Positions 24,795-30,835 of a stretch of 32,000 nucleotides of DNA are shown here, piece by piece. The stretch covers positions 60,001 to 92,000 of the forward strand of contig NZ_NVQC01000008.1 of assembly GCF_003044035.1 (NCBI RefSeq). The letters run 5' to 3'. The notes under the pieces were generated by a model. It was not told the origin of the DNA and did not search any database. It saw nothing but the letters and a program-made list of their open reading frames with translations. The stretch comes from Candidatus Methylomirabilis limnetica. GTDB taxonomy: Bacteria; Methylomirabilota; Methylomirabilia; Methylomirabilales; Methylomirabilaceae. Each line of letters starts with the position of its first letter. The stretch's first letter is position 1. A program made the position numbers and the translations under genes.

Positions 24795-25679
24795 ATGTCA
24801 GCAAGCTATGCAACAACCGTCGATGCCCGCATCCTACCGGTCCCGCAGAAGCACCCAACCATCTTCCGTGCCTTCGATGGGCTGGCGGTCGGGACTGCCA
24901 TGCTCTTGGTCAACGACCATGATCCCAAGCCGCTTTACTACACATTCGCCGCAGAGCGGGCTGGGGAGTTCGAATGGCGCTATCTGGAGAAGGGTCCAGA
25001 GGTGTGGCAGGTGGAGATCAGCCGGATTGCCGATGCCACAGGCAGACAGGCGCCCCCTGATACAATGGGCTGTGGTGGACTCCACGCGCACCACGAACAT
25101 CACGATCATCACGCGCACCAGCATGCCCACACCGGTTCTCCGACCCAGATCCTCAAGGACGAACATACCCTGATCCTTGAGGCTTTGGATGGGGTGGAGC
25201 GCAAGCTCGCCGCATTAGAGTCCGGCGCCGCCCCGGATCGAGCCTATTTCGAGAAGGCGGTAAGGTTTATCCGAACCTTCGCTGACGAGTGCCATCACGG
25301 CAAGGAGGAGAACCTGCTGTTCAAGACCATGGTGGACCGCGGCTTTCCATTGCAAGGGGGACCTATCGCGGTCATGCTGTCGGAGCACGAAGCCGGCCGC
25401 GGATACATCCGTGAGATGGCCGAGGCCTCGGCGAGCGTGGTGCAGGATAAGGCTGCGACAGAGAAGATCATCCGGAACGGGCGTGCTTACATCCAGATGC
25501 TGCGGCCTCACATCGATAAGGAGAACATGATCCTGTATGCGATGGCGGACAATATGTTTAGCCCTGAGGACCAGGCGGAGATGGGAAAGGCGTTCGAGCG
25601 CTTCGAGACTGAAAAGATCGGCGCGAACGTCCATGAGGAGATGATGACACTACAGGCGGAGTTGAAGGCGGGCGCCTAA
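24795..25679 (+). CDS. DUF2249 - His-rich linker - hemerythrin (HHE cation-binding) fusion protein
   Basis: N-terminal 'KHPTIFRAFDGLAVGTAMLLVNDHDPKPLYYTFAAERAGEFEWRYLEKGPEVWQVEISR' (DUF2249). Linker 'HAHHEHHDHHAHQHAH'. Hemerythrin-type ligand spacing 'LKDEH...', 'CHHGKEENLLF', 'MLSEHEAG', 'HIDKENMILY'. SD AAGGAGGAAG. Confidence 0.88.
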   Translation: MSASYATTVDARILPVPQKHPTIFRAFDGLAVGTAMLLVNDHDPKPLYYTFAAERAGEFEWRYLEKGPEVWQVEISRIADATGRQAPPDTMGCGGLHAHHEHHDHHAHQHAHTGSPTQILKDEHTLILEALDGVERKLAALESGAAPDRAYFEKAVRFIRTFADECHHGKEENLLFKTMVDRGFPLQGGPIAVMLSEHEAGRGYIREMAEASASVVQDKAATEKIIRNGRAYIQMLRPHIDKENMILYAMADNMFSPEDQAEMGKAFERFETEKIGANVHEEMMTLQAELKAGA

Positions 25680-25693
25680 TAAAGGCATAGTCG

Positions 25694-25746
25694 GAGCATC
25701 CCAGCCGTTCGTCCTGAGCATATCGAAGGAAACGGCTGGGATGCTC
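25694..25746 (+). terminator. Perfect 16-bp stem hairpin after the hemerythrin gene
   Basis: GAGCATCCCAGCCGTT-(21 nt)-AACGGCTGGGATGCTC, beginning 15 nt after the stop. No U-tract, so it could instead be a repeat or attachment-type structure. Confidence 0.45.
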
Positions 25747-25872
25747 AGGATATGCTTATCGAATCAGATGGTTCCTCGCTGTTTGGAGTTGGTATAACCT
25801 TGGAGTATACTCCATCGAGTCCGTCCATCTAATAACCGTTAGGAAGCCACTTTAACCACGAGGAGAAATACT

Positions 25873-25944
25873 GTGCAGGGATATGTTGCTTTAATTGGTA
25901 TGATCGTCCTTATACTACTGTATGTGTGGTTCCAGTTCGGGTGA
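25873..25944 (+). CDS. Candidate 23-aa hydrophobic micro-protein
   Basis: GTG start preceded by GAGGAG at ~7 nt. It encodes VQGYVALIGMIVLILLYVWFQFG*, a single TM-like helix, and lies in the AT-rich spacer. It is below the ORF-track length cutoff and is speculative. Confidence 0.3.
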   Translation: MQGYVALIGMIVLILLYVWFQFG

Positions 25945-26097
25945 CCAAAAAGTCTTTATGATAACGATGCTTCTGGCGGAAGCGTATTGATCGTCTTCGG
26001 CACATTGTATCTAAAACGTGGAAAGCAAGTTACAATCAGATTGGCTCAGATTTGGCCCATCACATTACGCCGCCGCAACGCACCCCGTGAAAAAACA

Positions 26098-26304
26098 TCA
26101 CGCCGCCTTTCCCGCTTCCTTGACTTCATCGACCTGATGAGGCTCGATCGCCGTCTCCTCAACCAGCTTGCCGTCACGCATCACGACCACGGCGGTGCCG
26201 GTTTGTCTCGCGATTTCGCGCGCTCGCCGTCCAGCCCTTAACAGCGCGGCGGGCGCAGCTTGCATGTCTGCATCCGGCAGCTTCGAAACCAGCGACTTGC
26301 TCAT
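26098..26304 (-). CDS. 68-aa protein translationally coupled downstream of the zeta-like kinase (candidate partner/antitoxin)
   Basis: 'MSKSLVSKLPDADMQAAPAALLRAGRRAREIARQTGTAVVVMRDGKLVEETAIEPHQVDEVKEAGKAA'. A perfect SD (AAGGAGGAAACCC-ATG) precedes it, and its ATG overlaps the kinase stop (ATGA at 26301-26304). It corresponds to the 3' portion of ORF-track ORF 26098..26733. Confidence 0.55.
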   Translation of the reverse strand: MSKSLVSKLPDADMQAAPAALLRAGRRAREIARQTGTAVVVMRDGKLVEETAIEPHQVDEVKEAGKAA

Positions 26305-26828
26305 GGGTTTCCTCCTTCGTCGTTCAGGATGGGGGTATCGCCGCTGTTGTCGAACCACTGCCAGTAATCGACGCGGTGGCGATAAATATCGTGAAAATTG
26401 CGCCGTCCGGCTGCAAAGCGGCGGCGAATGATCTCCGGCGGCACATCGTGCCCGCCCTGCCGCACCCGCATTGCTACGCGTGCGATCGCCTCTTCTGGGG
26501 TGGCCAACGACAGGAAAATCAGCTTCACCGCAAAGCCCGCCGCCCGCCAGCCGGTGATCATGCGCGCATAGGTCAGGCCTGACAGGGTTGTCTCGAAGGC
26601 GAAGCTGCGGCCTTCGGCAGCGTGGCGCGCGATTTCTTCCAGCATCAGGCGTCCGGCGCGGAACGCCACCGTTTCCGGCTGGAATGGCGACAGCCCGGCG
26701 GCGATCAGGTCGGCGTTGACGAACACCGGGCAACTAGCTTCCTTGGGTAGAAACTCGCGAGCGAAGGTTGTCTTGCCCGCCCCGTTGGGGCCGGCGATGA
26801 TGACGATCTTCCTGCCGCCCGTACTCAT
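26301..26828 (-). CDS. Zeta-toxin-like P-loop kinase / COG4185-type ATPase
   Basis: 175 aa. Walker A 'IAGPNGAGKTT', 'FVNADLIA', 'FAFETTLSG' and 'RVRQGGHDVPPEIIRRRF' fit the zeta toxin / predicted ABC-type ATPase family. Confidence 0.8.
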   Translation of the reverse strand: MSTGGRKIVIIAGPNGAGKTTFAREFLPKEASCPVFVNADLIAAGLSPFQPETVAFRAGRLMLEEIARHAAEGRSFAFETTLSGLTYARMITGWRAAGFAVKLIFLSLATPEEAIARVAMRVRQGGHDVPPEIIRRRFAAGRRNFHDIYRHRVDYWQWFDNSGDTPILNDEGGNP

Positions 26829-26983
26829 AGGGCGACCTCCCCGCTCATCAGGCGCGGCAGCAGCAGGTCGCGGGCGGCGCGAAGCTTTTGATTCTGCCTA
26901 TAAAGGCCGAAGTCCAGGTCGGTCTGGTCGAGCTGTAACAGCTCCTGCAGCAGGGTCTTCAGCTTGTCGTATTTCTGGCTCAT
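26825..26983 (-). CDS. 52-aa ORF coupled upstream of the zeta-like kinase; apparently chimeric (HsdS-like C-terminal tail)
   Basis: 'MSQKYDKLKTLLQELLQLDQTDLDFGLYRQNQKLRAARDLLLPRLMSGEVAL*'. Its stop overlaps the kinase ATG (ATGA at 26825-26828). The C-terminal 'QNQKLRAARDLLLPRLMSGE' resembles, from memory, the conserved C-terminal helix of type I R-M specificity subunits. Whether it is coding is uncertain. Confidence 0.4.
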   Translation of the reverse strand: MSQKYDKLKTLLQELLQLDQTDLDFGLYRQNQKLRAARDLLLPRLMSGEVAL

Positions 26984-27017
26984 CGTGGATCCCGTTCGTT
27001 GTTGGTCCTGCTCGCGT

Positions 27018-28265
27018 TCATGTCAGCTCCCACAGAGCGCGGATGGGGACCGCGAAGAGTCCCTCACCAAAGCCCAGGCTGGCCTCACCGTCATACAACA
27101 CCACGCCGGCGGCAAAGCGCTTGCCTGCAGCCTCCCGCAGCTTGCGCAAGCCGCGAAAATCCGAGGCCATCACCGTCGCAGCGGCTTTCACTTCCACCCC
27201 GACCAACTCACGACCGCCACGCTCCAGCACCAGATCGACCTCCACGCCATCCTTGTCGCGGAAGTGGTGGAAGCGGATGTCGTCGTCGCGCCAGCTCGCC
27301 TGTCGGCGCAGTTCCTGGTACACAAACGTTTCCAACAATTGCCCAAGGGTGCTACGGTCCAGCCACAGCAACTCGGCGTCAAGGCCAAGCAGAGCGCAGG
27401 CCACCCCGGTGTCCCCAAGATGCAACTTTGGCGTCTTGATGAGGCGGCTCAGCCGGTTGCTGTGCCAGGGCGCAAGTTGTTCGAGCAGAAAGACCCGCTC
27501 CAGCAGGGTGACATAGTCCTTGATGGTTGGGCGGCTCAACTGGAAGGGTGCCGCGAGATCGCTCACGTTCAGTAGCCGAGCCGTCTGGCCTGCCGCCAGC
27601 GCCAGCAGCCGTGGCAGTGCATCGAGCGAGGCGATGCGCGCCAGGTCGCGCACGTCGCGCTGGACCAGCGTCTCGATGTAGTCGCGGTACCATGTGGCAC
27701 GGCGGCGCGGGATGGCGCGGGCCAGCGCTGCGGGATATCCGCCTGCCGCGATGCGTGCCGCCAGTTCTTTACCCAGCCGCCCGTAGTTGCGTGCCTTGAA
27801 GCGACCCTCTAACAGCGCGTTGAGGAATCCCGGTGGGCGACCGGCCAGTTCGCACTGGGCCAGCGGGTGTAGCCGCAGAATCTCCATTCTTCCGGCCAGG
27901 GAATCGGCGAGCTTAGGAGCCAGCAGCACGTTTGCCGACCCCGTGAGCAGAAATCGACCGGGGCGGCGTCCGCGATCCACGGCCGCCTTGATGGCGGTGA
28001 ACAAGGTGGGAACCCGCTGGACCTCGTCCAGAATGGCGTGATCGGGCAGGTCGGCAACGAAACCAACGGGATCGGCAATAGCCGCGCCGAGAGCCACCGC
28101 GTCGTCGAAACTGAAGTAGGCGTAGCCTCTGGACTCGGCGATCCCTTGCGCGAGGGTCGTCTTGCCACACTGCCGCGGTCCGTGGATCAGGACAACGGGC
28201 GTGTCGGCCAGCGCGTTGATCAGGGCCGAGACGGCAAAACGGGGATGAAGGTGGTTTGTGCTCAT
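27018..28265 (-). CDS. AAA+ ATPase with DUF4143 domain and PD-(D/E)xK-like C-terminal motif
   Basis: Walker A 'HGPRQCGKTTLA', Walker B 'AILDEVQRVP', and a central wHTH-like DUF4143 region 'LNVSDLAAPFQLSRPTIKDYVTLLERVFLL'. The C-terminal 'DKDGVEVDLVLE...LVGVEVKAA' is nuclease-fold-like. I prefer the ATG at 28265 (MSTNHLHPRF...) over 28343. Confidence 0.85.
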   Translation of the reverse strand: MSTNHLHPRFAVSALINALADTPVVLIHGPRQCGKTTLAQGIAESRGYAYFSFDDAVALGAAIADPVGFVADLPDHAILDEVQRVPTLFTAIKAAVDRGRRPGRFLLTGSANVLLAPKLADSLAGRMEILRLHPLAQCELAGRPPGFLNALLEGRFKARNYGRLGKELAARIAAGGYPAALARAIPRRRATWYRDYIETLVQRDVRDLARIASLDALPRLLALAAGQTARLLNVSDLAAPFQLSRPTIKDYVTLLERVFLLEQLAPWHSNRLSRLIKTPKLHLGDTGVACALLGLDAELLWLDRSTLGQLLETFVYQELRRQASWRDDDIRFHHFRDKDGVEVDLVLERGGRELVGVEVKAAATVMASDFRGLRKLREAAGKRFAAGVVLYDGEASLGFGEGLFAVPIRALWELT

Positions 28266-28420
28266 GGCGGTCAAAAGTAACTCAAAACGTCGGCTGATTG
28301 CAAGGATTATATGCGTCTTATTGTAAGGATGAAGAGGAGCCAAGCGGCCGCCAGGTCGGAAGTTGGCCTAGCAACGCCGGGGAGTGCTCTCCAGCCTTTC
28401 GAGTCCGGCTCCTGCTCGCC

Positions 28421-28803
28421 TTACAGGACCATAGCCGATAGAGAAACTGGCCGCGCTCCTCGCCGCCGTCGGCCTGCGCCGCCTTGGGGGAGGACTTGGA
28501 GATCAGGTGGTAGCGGCCGATCGCGATCTCCGCGCTCGGCGGGGGGCTCCAGGTCGAAGGCTAGTGCGGCATCGTAGAAGCGGGCGCGGTCGTAGAGCAG
28601 GAAACGGGTCAGTGACCAGAAGCGCTGGCCGAAACGATCGAGCTGAGCCTTCGTATTGTCGAGCTGCGGTCGCAGGCGCTGACGCACGGCCTCGTCGAAG
28701 TGCTTGAACAGTGTTCTACGCGTGTCGTCCATCCGCGTGCGGATGCTCTCGTCCATCTCTGCCTGCAGAGCGCGGAACGCGGTGTCGATTCCTACAAGTC
28801 AGA
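28421..28803 (-). pseudogene. 5'-truncated, frameshifted gene fragment (unknown large protein, possibly defence/R-M associated)
   Basis: A protein-like reading '...LVGIDTAFRALQAEMDESIRTRMDDTRRTLFKHFDEAVRQRLRPQLDNTKAQLDRFGQRFWSLTRFLLYDRARFYDAALAFDLEPP' degenerates into an R/G/P-rich tail right after a C6 run (28541-28546). The neighbouring frame continues sensibly ('PSAEIAIGRYHLISKSSPKAAQADGGEERGQFLYRL'). Confidence 0.45.
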
Positions 28804-28833
28804 TAAGCGCCGCGCGTCAGAGCTGCCCATCCA

Positions 28834-30213
28834 TCACAGAATGTACGCGGTCTCATCGTGCTGGCTCAGGTCGAGACCGATCCCCTCCTCCTCATCGCTG
28901 ACTCTCAGGCCCATCAGCGCATCAACGATCTTGAGCAGGATAATCGTGCCGACGAATGCGAGCGCCATGCTTGCGAGCACCGCGATCGCCTGCACCCCCA
29001 ACTGGCTGGGATTACCAAAGAACAGCCCATTGGCGCCATCGGGATTGATCGCCTTTGAGGCGAACAGACCGGTTGCCAGGGCTCCCCAGGTCCCGCCAAC
29101 GCCGTGTACGCCCACGACGTCCAGCGAATCGTCGTAGCCGAGCCGCGCCTTGAGGATACAGGCAGAGTAGCAGAGGACCCCTGCGCCGGCCCCGATGATG
29201 ATGGCTGATAACGGACCGACGAAGCCGGAGGCGGGGGTGATGGCCACGAGCCCGGCCACGGCGCCGCTGGCCGCCCCCAGAACGGTTGGTTTACCCCTGG
29301 AGCTCCACTCCGTAAACATCCAGGCCAGAGTCCCTGCGGCGGCCGCGACGTGCGTTACGACGAAGGCGCTTACAGCCAGCTTGTTGGCGGCGATAGCGCT
29401 CCCTGCGTTAAAGCCGAACCAACCGAACCAGAGCAGCGCTGCGCCCGTGACCGCCATGGTGAGGTTGTGTGGCGGCATCGGGTGCGTAGGATGGCCGCGG
29501 CGTCGGCCAACGACGAGGGCAGCGGCCAGGGCCGAAGCACCGGAACTGATGTGGACGGCCGTTCCGCCGGCAAAATCAAGCGCCCCCATCTTGCGTAGCC
29601 ATCCACCAACGCCCCACACCCAGTGCGCGAGTGGATCATAGATGAACGTCGACCAGAGAAGGATAAAGAGCAAGAACGAACTGAACTTCATCCGTTCTGC
29701 GAAGGCACCGGTGATAAGCGCAGGGGTGATCGCAGCAAACATCATTTGATATGCCATAAATGCCTGGTGAGGGACGGTAGCCCCATAGTCGGGGTTAGGG
29801 TCCAGCCCTACACCTCGAAGACCTACCCAGGCGAGGTTCCCGATAACGCCCCCTATATCCGAGCTGAATGCCAGAGAGTACCCAAACAGTATCCATTGAA
29901 TGCTGATCAGGGCTAAGGCGATGAAGCTTTGCATGATTGTCCCCAGCGCATTCTTTCGACGGACAAGCCCGGCGTAAAACAGCGCAAGCCCAGGCGCCGT
30001 CATCAGCAGGACCAATGCCGAGGAGGTGAGCATCCATGCCGTATCTCCCGAGTCGATCTTCGGCGCCGATGGCGGGGGTGATTCAGGCGCTTGTACTGAT
30101 GAAGAGGCTCCGGGAGGAGGGGCCTGTTGGGCGAGGACCATTGCTGGGGCTTGCAGCAGTGCGCCCCCCAGAACCAGCAGGATCGCGATGTTCATGCTGA
30201 GTCGATTTGGCAT
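28834..30213 (-). CDS. amtB: Ammonium transporter (Amt family)
   Basis: 459 aa. Signal peptide, 11-12 TM helices, and Amt signatures '[24 protein letters not shown]' and '[25 protein letters not shown]'. The SD AAGGAG lies 6 nt upstream. Confidence 0.94.
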   Translation of the reverse strand: MPNRLSMNIAILLVLGGALLQAPAMVLAQQAPPPGASSSVQAPESPPPSAPKIDSGDTAWMLTSSALVLLMTAPGLALFYAGLVRRKNALGTIMQSFIALALISIQWILFGYSLAFSSDIGGVIGNLAWVGLRGVGLDPNPDYGATVPHQAFMAYQMMFAAITPALITGAFAERMKFSSFLLFILLWSTFIYDPLAHWVWGVGGWLRKMGALDFAGGTAVHISSGASALAAALVVGRRRGHPTHPMPPHNLTMAVTGAALLWFGWFGFNAGSAIAANKLAVSAFVVTHVAAAAGTLAWMFTEWSSRGKPTVLGAASGAVAGLVAITPASGFVGPLSAIIIGAGAGVLCYSACILKARLGYDDSLDVVGVHGVGGTWGALATGLFASKAINPDGANGLFFGNPSQLGVQAIAVLASMALAFVGTIILLKIVDALMGLRVSDEEEGIGLDLSQHDETAYIL

Positions 30214-30305
30214 GGCTGCTCCTTACCTCGATGTGGGAGAACGAGAGAAACGAATAAGCATATAGACGATGGCATTCCTGTCGTGAACCCTAGAAGATCG
30301 GAGTG

Positions 30306-30321
30306 AGCAGTTTCTGTGCCA
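30306..30321 (-). promoter_or_regulatory. Sigma-54 (-24/-12) promoter candidate upstream of amt
   Basis: The - strand reads TGGCAC-AGAAA-CTGCT with canonical GG/GC spacing. It lies ~95 nt upstream of the ATG at 30213. Confidence 0.55.
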
Positions 30322-30383
30322 ATACGTCAGCGCCATTCGCTTTCGCGAGAAGGCTCGGAAGGCTCGAATCCACTGGGGGTTTA

Positions 30384-30527
30384 TTCCCAGCGACTTGCCG
30401 CGAGGTCGTCATACCGGCGGAGAGAAGCCGGTATCCAGAGGGCCCGACTGGATTCCGTGTCAAGCACGGAATGACGGGCCAGAACAGAAGACGATACCCA
30501 GCGACTTGCCGCGAGGTAGTTCATTAA
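30384..30527 (+). repeat. Multi-hairpin dispersed repeat, copy B
   Basis: It is bounded by the direct repeats 'cccagcgacttgccgcgaggt' (30386 and 30497). Internal hairpins are ACCGGC...GCCGGT, ATCCAG...CTGGAT and TTCCGTG...CACGGAA. Same family as 23121..23288, in the opposite orientation. Confidence 0.75.
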
Positions 30528-30835
30528 TTCACCCGTGAGGCTTCGACGTGGTTGTGAGATGATCTCGCCTGACCCAGTGGCTGCCCATTCTCCTGACTAT
30601 GAAATGGGCAGGCTGAAATCGCGCTGCTTATAACTTGGGCGCGACGATTTTAGATATTGACAAGGAGCGAATCCGTCACAATACTAGTCCTAGTGTTTCA
30701 TCGCGCCCTGGAGGACCTGGTAGGAAAGCCGCTGGAGCGGCATTGTGGAGCGGTTCGCTAAGGCGATCACAGTTCGATATAAGAGCAATGCCTCAATACT
30801 CTTAGACGGCCATATAGATTGCTCAGGGGGATGAG

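Noticed and set aside
26098-27575. ORF-track ORFs 26098..26733 (-, 211 aa), 26716..27516 (+, 266 aa), 26964..27575 (+, 203 aa) and 26999..27439 (+).
   Set aside because: They are Arg/Pro-rich nonsense-like sequences overlapping the zeta-like kinase and DUF4143 ATPase genes. Only the last 68 codons of 26098..26733 look genuine (own SD and ATG).
30355-30380. 'ggctcgaatccac', resembling a tRNA T-loop.
   Set aside because: The flanking 5-bp T-stem halves are not complementary and there is no upstream cloverleaf. It lies at the edge of the dispersed repeat.
23121-30527. Composite transposon bounded by the two inverted multi-hairpin repeats.
   Set aside because: There is no transposase, integrase or recombinase inside or nearby. 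The enclosed genes include housekeeping-type Fe-S and amt genes. The repeats look like a dispersed REP/MITE family rather than IS ends.
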